DNA from: Chrysomallon squamiferum
Taxonomy: Eukaryota; Animalia; Mollusca
Reading direction: 5' to 3'
Length of the DNA stretch: 64,000 nt
NCBI GenBank assembly: GCA_012295275.1
Contig: CM022665.1
Location: 1,178,001 to 1,242,000 of the forward strand
The position numbers were made by a program, and so were the translations under genes. Positions 1 through 12,353 of the stretch are shown in pieces. Below the pieces are notes generated by a model that searched no databases, was not told the origin of the DNA, and worked only from the letters and a program-made list of their open reading frames with translations. Position 1 is the first letter of the stretch, and every line of letters starts with the position of its first letter.

Positions 1-1706
1 GCCAACAACTTTGAATGCGTTGAACCGGAAAATATTAGTGGCCCTGGCTTTGAGAATGCTAATGGTGAAATTCCGGAGCATATCTAGGTATGCTAATTTT
101 CTTAAACCTGAAATGACATAATATAATTAATTAATCCAATTTGTAGTTACTACTGTTGTTATTTATATTCCGTTTGCGGCCATTGTATATTTTAAATTTT
201 AAAATTAAGTACTTGCTCCAGTTAAAATATTTTTAATACATTTTAACTAATTTAATAATAATAATAATAATAATAATAATACATTTCTAGAAATAATTCT
301 TAATATATTCTACGTTCAGTTCTTATTTTAGGTGTTGAAATAAGAACTGAACGTAGAATATATTAAGAATTATTTCTAGAAATGTATTATTATTATTATT
401 ATTATTATTATTAAAATTAGTTAAAATGTATTAAAAATATTTTAACTGGAGCAAGTACTTAATTTTAGAATTTAAAATTTATTATAAATGAGAAAGTAAA
501 TAAATAATATTCCAGTTCCACATTAACTTCGATAAGACTTCGTTGAAAGAAAGTGAGAGAAAGAAATGGCAAATGAACTAATCAGCTTAATAATTAATTA
601 ATTAATTTAATCAAAAGCTCAAGATAACTGATTTATTATTTCACTTCATGTTTTCACATAAAAGGATAATTGCAAAATAAGATTTCGGAGGAAAAAGAAA
701 GAAAAAGGATGCCTTTAGCATTGAAAATAATTTCAGCTCTATAGACGTTATCATAGTCGAGAGGTACTGGCTTTCCTCTCGTCAGGAGTTGAAGTTCGGC
801 CACCGGTAGAAAGTTTCCGAGTATTAGCTCCGCCCACGCTTCGAAGGAATACAGCGGCGTGTTTCTGACAGTTGTTCCGAGCGCTTCAATGGCGCTCACA
901 GCAGCCTCCAAGTGTAGCCGAGAGTCTGTTGTCGTTTTGTGTGCACGTAGAACTGAAAATAGGCAATTTTTTTTTTTTTTTTTTTAACCGGTTGTTTTTA
1001 ATATTTACAAATGTTCTTAACAGAATGTCAACGTACTGTATGGTCTAAAAGACGGACTGACGGAGTGAGGGCTGGTCATGAATTCTCTGTTTACATTGCG
1101 TACTTATTTGTATGTATGTGGAGATGTGCTGTCAAATACGTGTCACTATATGTCTATATCACGAATGGACAGACATGCCCAAAGTAAGATAATCATACTT
1201 TAAACTTAAGATGTCTGAGAGCCACAAGAAATGTCTGTTTAGCTTTTACATTAACTGTGATGAAGGAATGAACTCGGCTACTTTTTCTTATATATGACAA
1301 ACCGTATTTGCGTTCATACAAACGTACAAAACAGACAAACATATACATGTAGAAAGTTTCATACATTCATTATATATTCATACACAGATACAAGAAAAAA
1401 AACATACACATATAGGCCTACTCACACACTTATACATACATACGAATTGTACCTACATACTTGTATACAGAAATATATGAAAAGGCATTTATTTAACCGT
1501 ATAGTTCGTGTATATTACCTATAGAAAGTCTGGATTCTCCCAGGACCTGAAATATAATATAATTATATTATATTCAGTTTATTCAACAGAAACGTAATTA
1601 TTTCCTTACTACAAGTAACCTTTTATTCTCTGTGGATTTACTGTAATGGTTAGCTCCAGGAACTACAAGAAAATTAAGCATGGCGTATTTGAACTTTTAT
1701 CAAGTA

Positions 1707-1758
<52 letters not shown>

Positions 1759-2033
1759 TATTGAACTATTATTAAATACCATGTATTTGACAAACTCACC
1801 TTAAAAATATCTATCTCTTTCAGTCCATTAAATGGAAGAGCTTTTACTATGTTATAAATGCCGGACAATATTCTTGCGTGAGTTCCCGAGCTGCTTAGAG
1901 CTTTCTCTGGAAGCTTAATGTCTAACAAGTAAAATTTCGTGTCTACGTCTGGATGAGGTGCACCTACGTGAGCGGCCAGGCAGCAGACAAAGAAAAGCAG
2001 CCACGGTTTCGACCCCACGACCGCGTGTTCCAT
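1..2033 (-). CDS. Secreted protein of unknown function with tandem internal repeats (possible muconolactone-isomerase-like / dimeric alpha-beta barrel domains); 3' end lies outside the window
   Basis: Exons 2033-1800 (MEHAVVGSKPWLLFFVCCLAAHVGA signal-peptide-like ... IDIFK), 1546-1519 (VLGESRLSI), 952-713 (VLRAHK...RAEIIFNAK) and 107-<1 (GLRKLAYLDMLRNFTISILKARATNIFRFNAFKVVG). Phases are consistent. Introns 1-2 are GT-AG; intron 3 is GC-AG. The motif FKV(L/V)G recurs with matching spacing. The domain identity comes from recalled similarity only. Confidence 0.75.
189..478. repeat. Long near-perfect inverted repeat (fold-back), ~140-bp arms, 9-nt loop
   Basis: 189-328 is the reverse complement of 338-478, with about one substitution and one 1-nt indel. 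The loop is TAGGTGTTG, and each arm carries a (TAA)n/(TTA)n tract. Confidence 0.95.
1710..1760. repeat. (ATT)n microsatellite
   Basis: Direct reading. Confidence 0.9.
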
Positions 2034-3703
2034 TACAATCCGACTTTTCTCGGGCTGCCTCTGCTCTCATCGAATCCTGAAAATGTACGTGGAGGACTTT
2101 TATACGACAACTTCTAAACTGTTGTTTAATGACAGAATATTCATGACAAGTATCTATCAAGCCGCGACGATAAATATAACATTTTGCACCTCTTCTTAGG
2201 CACTGTGTCAGTGGAAAATAACTACAGTATTGTCTATTCTTATTCAAAGACTTGCCTACGGCGAGAAAAAGTAACACATAAAATTGTCATACAAGAATTT
2301 CCTTCTTTGTTTATCTAAAATAGTCACATTTTTGTGTTTAAGAGTAAACTGATGTATTTCAGGTTGACAGCTTTTCATGAAAAGCCTCTGTTACTAATTT
2401 CCAGACTTCAGTTTTTAGGCGTCGAGTTTTGGTGTTTGCGTTCTTGTAAAGATTTTATTATGAATCGTTAAGACAGATGTCTATTTTTAAACCTGTTATT
2501 CTTATTATTCATTCTTCAAATACTTAGCAAGTTAAAATAAATTTGTTTATTTTTTTTGTTTATAACTTTGACTGTCTGTTTGGATGTATGTACATGTATA
2601 AATGTATATGTGTCTCAAGACACATAAATTAATGTTTTTATCATTTTAATGAAATCTGATATATTAATATATGCGATATATATATGTATGGATGGATGTT
2701 CTTGTATGTATATATATATATGTGTGTGTATAAACGTGTGTGTGTTTGTGTATGTGTCTACGTCTACGTTTGAGTGTGTATGTATGTGTGTGTGTTCGAA
2801 AATATTTTCCAGTCAAGAACCAATAAAACAAAGCAAAATATAAATTGTTATCTTAACGAAAGTGTTATAAAAATTGGTTTAAAATCTTTTTGAGATTTTT
2901 ACTTAAAGTCATAAAAGTGCTCAGTTTGATAAATAATTCCAGACAGTACATTGTGCACTTGAAGTACTGGTTTGTCATGTAATCACTGCGACTATTGTTC
3001 TTTATGATTTATTGGTACTATTACAGAATGCGTGTCATAGCAACAAGTTACGTCTGATTGATGTTAATTCTTTTTCTTTCTTTTTTTGTTTCAGTTCATG
3101 CAGAATACCAAAATAACCGAATTTATCAAATCCTATTAACAGTCAGGAAAATTAGACAATAAAACTGCCCTTTCGAAGAAAATGCATCCATTTATTAGAT
3201 CAACAGCCAAAGTCATTAACGTAAAATCAGCCTAAACTAAATATCCTGGAGTACATCAGTGTAGATCACTGGAAACAGTGATTTACATATCATATATAAT
3301 AGAAAAAAACAGCATTGGCCCATATACCTTATCTTTATTCACCATACAGTAACTACAATACTGAAAATATTTTGATAGGAAATTCTGTTATCTGAAACGA
3401 AGCAGTCATGTACATGGTAGAGTTGATACTTTAAATACATCCGTACAAAATCCACATTACAAACAAATATAATTTATTGTAATCAGTTGTATTTAAATTT
3501 CTATTTTATTCTGATTTATCTCTTCTTCTTTTTTTCCTAATTTCTCTCAAAGCTTATAATTACGACTTTTGTTTTTGTTAATTGTAGTCGTAAACTTAAT
3601 TGCTAATTTATCACAGCTTAAACCGATACTGTGGGAGTATAATAAAGTATTTGTAAGAAAACAACAATATACCATCATCGGCTGTCATACACAAACACAA
3701 ACA

Positions 3704-3706
<3 letters not shown>

Positions 3707-3756
<50 letters not shown>
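3707..3756. repeat. (CA)n microsatellite
   Basis: Direct reading. Confidence 0.9.
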
Positions 3757-3759
<3 letters not shown>

Positions 3760-4341
3760 CTATAACTGGTGGTAAGTTGTGCTCTAATTGTATCGTTCAC
3801 AAACATAAATACTAAAGCAATGGTTATGGTGTGTGTTGATGCTGTTTTTGTTTGTTCTGGTTGGTGGGTTTTCGGGATGAAGGTTGATGTGGAGATTTTT
3901 ATTATTTATTTATTTATTTATTTTCACAGATTTCGTTAGTTTGGTTTATGATTATATAGAATATTGGATTTAAATAGATTTTGTAAATAATTATTAATTT
4001 CTGTTAAAATTCTGTTATGATTTTATTTTAATTCACCTTATAAAATATTTTATCTTTTACTTGCACTGTATAATGAACAAGAACTTTAACTTTTTGTTGA
4101 GCTTGAACACTTAGTTTACTTGGTTCGCAGTTGACTAATGGTATAATTATAAACTGGAGCATTTCTGCAGACTTCAATTTTGTATTTTTTTTTTTTTAAC
4201 TACTGTTGAAAAAAAAATTATATACTGATAGAGGATAGTTATTTTCTAGACTTATCATAATTTTTTCTAGATGTTACAATTAAATTATTAAATAAATTAG
4301 ACATTAAATATAAAGATTAATTCTGCATGAATGTGTATGTG

Positions 4342-4552
4342 CAAGGCCTCCAAGAGAAATTTTGCATGGCGGTTCAAAACCCCAGGCAGACAAAGATTTT
4401 TGTCAAAACTGAGGATTTGATGTCTAGTAAATCTACACATGAACTCTTATAAATGCTTTATTTCCACAATCAGATCTATCATAATGAGGGTAGTAGCAAA
4501 TGGAGGAAATGGATGTGAGGTCCTTTTTAGGACCCCTCTCTCATAGGCCTTG
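4342..4552. mobile_element. Putative non-autonomous TIR element (hAT-like MITE)
   Basis: The left end CAAGGCCTCCAAGAGA matches the reverse complement of the right end, CAAGGCCTATGAGAGA, at 13/16. Flanks TGTATGTG / TGTGTGTG resemble an 8-bp TSD (7/8), although they lie in a TG repeat. Confidence 0.5.
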
Positions 4553-4650
4553 TGTGTGTGTGTGTGTTTGTGTGTGTCTGTGTATGCGTGCGCGTGTATG
4601 TGTGTCTGTGTGTGTGTCTGTGTGTGCGTGCGCGTGTATGTGTGTGTGTG
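4552..4650. repeat. Imperfect (TG)n microsatellite
   Basis: Direct reading. Confidence 0.85.
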
Positions 4651-5816
4651 TTAGGTACGCGTCTACTTCTGCTTCGATCAGTTACATATACTTGGTATTC
4701 TTTTTTTATATGTACAGTCCATAGTTTCTTCTTTAGTGTTTAATTGCTGTTTTAGATATTAGAAAAGTATTCTAAAACTAGTTTTCATTTAAATAAATAA
4801 ACTGTTTTATTTAAGAACTGTTTTGATCTGCTGTATAGTCGTAGGCGAGATCGAAATAAATACTTTACTATTGTTGACAGTGGAGATCTGAGAAATAAAA
4901 TTATTAATTCAGTTTTTGTATTATTTAACAAATAAAAGAAATATTTATTATTGTATTTGTTTTATTTAAATAATAAAGATTGTCAAATAATTATTAGACT
5001 TTTCATTCCACCTACTTCGGCCCGTAATCAAGATTATGTATTATTTTTGTTATATAATTATCGTCAGTAAGTACATATGACAGAACATAACGAGAATAAA
5101 TAAGGTATGGATTATTCATAATACCTTATAATTTATATAGCTAATATTTTATCCTCAATAAAATATATTTATATATATTCATTTTTATAACCAACTGTAG
5201 CTTTGTGTTACACGTTGTATCGTTATGTTGTACATAGTCTACATAGATATTAGGTGTTTGTTTTTTGTTTGATTTTAATTGTTTTTATTGAAACGTAATA
5301 GTGCAGCTAGATTTCATCCATAATTACACTGTTTGTTGTGGGTTTTTGTTGATATTTTGACCTTAGGCTGTCTGATCACAACAAATCCACTATGAAAGAA
5401 AAATTAAACACATCCTGTATTAAAGCAATATAGTAAAATTAAAAAAATACTATGTCGTCAACAGGTAGCTCATTTAACTAAATCCATTAGTCATATTGAT
5501 TCAAATAATAATGAATAAAAGAAGATGAGTCTCAAATAACAAATGACATCATTTCAAATTGAAGAATTTATTCCAAGATTTTATAAATATACTAAATACG
5601 TGTGTCAACCAAAAAATCAGTAATCAACCAACAACTAAACTAATTTTAAATGTATGTGATCTATCTGTCTGTCTTGCTTTGTTTGTATGGTTGTTTTCTG
5701 ATTTTTTTTTTTTTTTTTTTCTTTCTTCTATATGAACTTCTAAATTAGTAACTATATGTATATTTATTAAAACTTTATTATTTTTTAATATATTTTATTT
5801 ATTTATTTATTTATTT

Positions 5817-5850
5817 GTTATTATTGTTATTATTATTAATATTATTATTA

Positions 5851-5918
<68 letters not shown>
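5817..5918. repeat. (ATT)n microsatellite
   Basis: Direct reading. Confidence 0.9.
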
Positions 5919-6219
5919 TTGTAATAATATTTTTCTCCAAAGTCAAAATAGTATGACCTACGGTTAGTTGTGATCTAGCAGATTTTCATTTCGGAATAAT
6001 TATTAGATAGAACAGTATGGACTAGATACCAGTTAATAAATACCATCGAGAAGCGTAGCTTTTTAAACCGTACGTGTCAATTGTTAGGAAGTACACGTTG
6101 GCGTTGAATATCAACATGAATTGACAGCTGAGCTGTATAATGAAAACTATTTTCTGTAACATCCCGATTTACTGTGACAGCTAATTATAATTTAAGCGAG
6201 TTAATACACTTAAAACATT

Positions 6220-9200
6220 ATGGAGAGACAATATAATATGCGAAGTCCAGGTAAATAATGATTAATTCTCATATTTCGTAACACTTAATAATTACTAATT
6301 GCCCCTACGATAGGACATGCATTTTATGAATTTAAAAAATAAATAAATAAACCAAAACATTATGGATAAACTCCTCATGTGAAAAGATCCCTACAGTAAA
6401 AAATCTCGCCACTACGTATGATTAATTATGTTAAAAATAGTATGTAATGATGTAAACACAAACTATGAAAGTCAACATAATAATTATTACTATTATTATG
6501 TAGTATTCACTGAACTGGTAAACTGTCAAAACCGGAAGAATTCGAAATCATGTTCAACTGCCATTAATTTGTTAAAAACATAGCTGTGACTATATTTTGA
6601 ACAAAAATAATTATTCGATGTTTGCAGTTTTTGAAAGTTTTACTATGCTGTTAGATACTTGTTTAGTTTCTGTTCGTATATAAATTCTTTCACACGATTT
6701 TTGAAATCAGAATATTGGCTTGTGTACACGTGAGTTCTCTTGTGAGAAGGCTTTCTTAATTTCCAAAATAGTTAATGTACAACAAAATGTAAATTCAGTA
6801 AAAGAAAACTGAAATGTTTGATAAGTTGATACTTAGAATTTCTGGAAATGTGATAACAAAACTCCAGGCATTCATCAAAAAACTATTTGTAAAGATATAT
6901 TATAGACAGATAAGTAGGCATACAAATGAATAAAACAAATTAATTGATATATTAAAAAAAAAAAAAAATTGTAGATTTAATACCTATTTAGTAAAAATTA
7001 CAATAAAATATTGTTTAAATTTATTATCACTGTCACTTCTCCAAGCAGAAATAATATTTTTTTCTTGAGATAAAGAAAATAGGTATTTTGGAACCAAGCT
7101 TTTCAGTAAATCAGAATTTGTCATTTTATTCATTATATCTTCAAGAGTAAATAAAATAATGTTAATATAAGTGATAAAATAATACTAGCTTTTTAAAAAA
7201 AAATTAAATTTTAATTATCATTATGGAAATATGAAATATTTGAAAAGCAATTATTCTATTGAGTTTTGTAACATTTCTTTTATTTTTCTTGTTTTGTTTT
7301 TTTGTGTAGCTGTGAAACGGCTGATGAAAGAAGCTCAGGAACTTCATGAGCCTACTGAACAATATCATGCCCAGCCTCTGGAGGTATATGCAAATGCTTA
7401 ATTTATATATTTACCTAAACCCGTATCTTAATTCTTTACTAAGTTTGCTTAGAAAAGATGAAAGTCCTGACAATATCACTATGTGTATCTTCTTTTCCAT
7501 TTTCAAGGATAATTTATTTGAGTGGCATTTCACTATCCGCGGTCCTGCAGACTCAGAATTTGGAGGAGGAATTTATCATGGAAGAATTCTTCTCCCTCCA
7601 GAATACCCCATGAAACCACCAAGCATCATGCTTTTAACTGTGAGATATTTTGAACAAAACTTAATATTCAGAATGTTTTAAATGTAACTTTTTAATATAT
7701 TTAGTTTTTGTTTTCACTTTTATTTTATACTTTTCTACATAGATGAACAGTTTTACTAATTCATTTTCAGAAAAAAGTTACATTTATATATTGATTTAAT
7801 ATATATTTCATTACTTCAGTTTCTTTTAGTTAGTACTGATTTAACATTAGGATTTATGTTAAAACATAAAACGATAATATTAAATAATATAAAATTTGCA
7901 AAGATGTATGATGGTAACTATGAGAAAATAAAACTTTATTTTAGTTATATTTTCAATAAATATATACTGGATTTGTGTATCGCAGAAGCATTTGTTAATA
8001 TCTATCAATCTTAATTTTCAGCCAAATGGTCGCTTTGAAACTTACAAGAAAATTTGTCTCAGTATATCTGGGTATCACCCTGAATCATGGCAGCCTTCAT
8101 GGTCTAGTTAGTATTACTGTTAGTACAATATGTCTCCTGTATATTGTTTTCACTCATTTTACCTTTAGTATTCATATAAATATGTACACTTTAATATTGA
8201 GTGTGTGGGGCCAATACGTGTGCACAAGCATGGTTAATAAAAAGAGAAATTGTAGAAAAATATTTTGAACTTTCTTACTCTAAAAATACTTTGCTAAAAC
8301 ATGAAAATAACAAGTTTTTGATGCATTTGTGGTTTCCCTTAAAATTGATATAATAAATGACAATAATATACTGATAGCAAGGTTGAAATTAAACTTTTCA
8401 GTTAGGACAGCACTTCTTGCTATTATTGGCTTCATGCCCACTCATGGAGGAGGTGCAATCGGATCCTTAGATTACACACCAGAGGAAAGAAAAGTTCTTG
8501 CAAAGAAGTAAGTAATATATCTTTTTTCTAAATTATACAAATGCTAAACATTGTTAATGGTAAGAAGAAACATATAATTCCAGAAGTTCATGCTCTCTAA
8601 TACTTTACATAATCTGCTTATGTAATTTGGAAACTGAAATTACGTATTAATTATTCAGTAACTTTATAATAATAACTGTTGTTTCATTGTTAGATCTCAA
8701 GACTGGAAGTGTAACACATGTGGTGACCTGTCAAAAGTTTTGAAGCCAGTTACTGAAGCATCAGAAAAAACTCGACAAGAAGCCAAGGAACTTGCTTCTC
8801 AGATTAACTTTCAGGTACTTTTATATGTATATTGTTTGGTAAATGCTTTACTAAACTTTTAATTGAATGCTAATATTTATAATTTATCTGAACATGTTTA
8901 GTGGTCACAGTTTACCTAATAATTTCTTTTCTTGCAGGCAGAGAAACAGGCAACAGATAATAATAAAACCACAGAACCGACTAATATTGATAGTTCCAAA
9001 GAAAACCCAAACTCTGAACCAAATTTGCAACAAGCTGCATTTGCTGCTCCTCAAATGCCATTTCTGCCTCCTTTCATGTTTCCTTTTCGACCACCACAAG
9101 GGACCCAAACCACAGTTCCTGGTCCTAATTCTGTTCCTTTCATGCGTCCTGGTTTTCCAATGTTTCCATGGCCACCAGCTGCATCTGTGGTTCCTGGCAT

Positions 9201-9537
9201 GCCAGCAACACTACACTGGTTTCCAAGACCACCAGGATCTCTAGCTAATGCTGTGCCTGGTCAGCAGTCTACAAACAACTCTGCTATAAATATTGGTGCA
9301 GCTCCAAATAGTTCTTCAGCAGGTAATGGTCCAGTGGCAGGAGTCAACAACCTGAGACAGAGACAAAATGTGAGGCCACCATCTCCAGTTCCCCGATCTC
9401 CTCCACAGGCACCACCTGCTCCTCCCACACAGCAGAGACAGGGAGAGAGGAGCAATCAAATGTATCTGATAATTATTGGTTTAGCATTATGCATTCTGCT
9501 GCTCCTTTTTCGCAGGTTTGTCTTAATGGGAATATGA
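6220..9537 (+). CDS. UBE2J1: Ubiquitin-conjugating enzyme E2 J1 (ER tail-anchored ERAD E2, Ubc6 family), ~382 aa
   Basis: Exons 6220-6250, 7310-7383, 7508-7639, 8022-8106, 8402-8507, 8694-8814 and 8938-9537, all GT-AG and in phase (1149 nt). Protein: MERQYNMRSPAVKRLMKEAQEL...AQPLEDNLFEWHFTIRGP...YHGRILLPPEYPMKPPSIMLLTPNGRFETYKKICLSISGYHPESWQPSWS (catalytic Cys) ...LLAIIGFMP..GAIGSLDY, with a C-terminal TM segment YLIIIGLALCILLLLF. Confidence 0.95.
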
Positions 9538-12303
9538 ACAGTTTGAAAACAAATCCTTATTTTTGAGGGAAATGGTGCTGCACTTAAAATAATACTCTGT
9601 CTAGTGCGCATTGATCATCACTAAGTGTTGGGAATATAAACTGAATTTTCAATTTTATTTTTCAGTGACAATCACTGGTCATAATATAAGAAAAAATATT
9701 AAAGTGTTTTTATAATTTATTGAAAATGTGCTTGAGCTCATAGCTATTGACACAACTATATTATCACTGCTTTGATCTTAATACATAATAGGTGCAGTAT
9801 TTTGAGGGAAACTACATTTGCTCTGTAACCTATAACCATTGATGAATGTTCAGGTATGATGTTTAAATGGCCAATTTAATAATGAACATTTATTTAAATG
9901 TTCCGTATCTGTGCCAAATAATTGAAAATGATGAAAACTTTTATTTCATTATAAAAGAGTAATGAACATTTTATCTTTATGTGGTATCCATATAATTTTA
10001 TTTTTTATTAGGTGATAAAGTTTTTACATCTGACTTTTGGTTTTCATGGCTAAATGCTCCCTTTTGTTTCCATCTAGTATTGTTTGAAATGATATGTGCA
10101 GGGTTGACATACATTTAAGTATAACCAGTAAAAAAAAAAAATACAAATTTTCATAGAATTTTTTTTTAAATAAAGTTTATCCAAAAACATTTATAAAATC
10201 TAAGTCTCTTTAACAGTATTATTATGTAAAATAAGATCTTTGTATGTCTTAAATTCTATATGCAATAAATATAAATATCTAAATTTGCATTCACTCTTAT
10301 TAAAATAGTATTTTTATCTGAAGTGTTAGTGCTGCTTAATTTATTAAATAATGTATTAATAAGGTGACTTTTGAATAAATATTCTTAATAAAAAATAATA
10401 ATACAACATATTTGACTAGTTACATTTTGTGTTTAAGATGGAAGTTGTGGTTGACCGTTTTACCTTATTTTTATATTTTACTATTCTACTAGAAAACAAA
10501 TATTTTACATTATTCTGTTTAAACTCTGCAACAGTTATACTGATGAGTTTTATGTCAACAATGTTGTATTCACAAATACAGAACACCTCATAAAATTATT
10601 TATTAACAGCTCCAGTAACCTGTTATCTTTACAAATGTATAAAGTAAGAATTCTAAGATTAATAATCAAAGGAACAAACATCTCATTTGTAGCTTTACTT
10701 TATTAACAGTAACAGCCCAGAATGAATAAAAAAATATACAGCAGTCCATCAGTTAGCCATTATCGTATCACTGTACAAGTACTCTGTATTCAGTAAAATA
10801 AAAAAATAAATTAAAACATGTACATAATGAAATATAGAGTGATAAAATCCTTTTAGTTCTGTTTATCTGAAATTATGTAATCGAACTGTAAAGCATTTTG
10901 AACGAAACTACTTTGAAGAATTTCTTTAATTAATTAGGAATTACAAAATTTGAAATAACTGATGTTCTTTGGGTTAACAAAACTTGTACAACATATCTAA
11001 AATAAAAACAAGATGAAACAAAACACAGTGAGCATAAAAATATTTATCTTGATTATCTTTTTCTCTTTAGTTTTACTTCAAGTTATATATGAACATGAAT
11101 CACTGTAATACATTGTTTAATACACAACCTTTTAACAGCAAATGCCATTGTATCTTAAAAAGCCATGTTCACTGACCAGCAGCAAACAATTTTAACATAT
11201 CAACAACAAACGACTTCATTATAACTGTTAATAACCTTTGGAAATGGAAGTTAATTCATTTGATCATACATTTAGTTTCATTACTGATTTTCTTACACTG
11301 GGTTAAACCACAAGTAAGAAATAATTTTAAATGTGTAAACAGATCTATTCAAAAGTCTTAATACCTGATGTCTATTATTATAATAAAATGTGCTGCAGAT
11401 TTGTAAAATACTTATTTATTCAGATACAAATTAATGAATATAATTAACATTTTTATCTAAACCTAGCTTAAGAAAATATTACAGTAAAGATATTTAAGAC
11501 ATAGTTTGAATTATTTTTGTTTTCCAAAATGAGATTCAGTTTTACCTCAATCATTGATAAATTATCAGTTTCACAAGCAGTAAATATACCACACACTTGA
11601 TTGTAGATTACAAGAAAGCTCACAGCAAATGATATTAAGATTAAATATGTGTCTTGTTTACAACAGAAAAAGAGAAAAGAGTCTAAAATAAGAACCCATT
11701 ATCATATGTCAAATACATTTCTGTGAAATGAATAAATATTTTAAAAAATGGTCAGTACTATGACTGATTTTGACATAAAATATAATAGATTTAATGCACA
11801 TTGTAATAATATACACACAGTGTATAAAATATATCTGTCATGGCAGATTTCAGAAAATTCAGTACAGAAATTCAGAAAGACTTAGACAAAGGCCATTGAA
11901 GAAAATATCACATAGATTGAGAGGCAGAATAATTACAATTTATGATTCCCTATGTGTGAAGTAATTCTACAAAACAATTGCTCTTGACATACAATGTATA
12001 TAAAATAAAAAGTCCAAACAGTATAAACCTATGTAAAATCAGAGGACATAAATCATGTAATACAGAAAGAAAAAAACAACATTAAGCAATGTCTAAGCAG
12101 GTGTACAGATATTTGGCTGTTTATTATTTTATTGTATAAATTAATAAAACAAGAATGTTAGCAATAAGGACATGCTCTTCTTATTTTATTTATGCATTTG
12201 AATAAAGAAATTTGCTCACAAGACATGAACAATTATATTTTGTTTTAATTAATCTTGTCTCAAAATAATGAATGAACCAACATAAGCATTATTAACTAAT
12301 TTG

Positions 12304-12305
<2 letters not shown>

Positions 12306-12349
<44 letters not shown>
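12306..12349. repeat. (CA)n microsatellite
   Basis: Direct reading. Confidence 0.9.

Positions 12350-12353
<4 letters not shown>

Noticed and set aside
1915-2277. 120-aa ORF overlapping the start of gene 1
   Set aside because: Alternative frame with a non-ATG start and no motif; the signal-peptide frame from 2033 splices coherently
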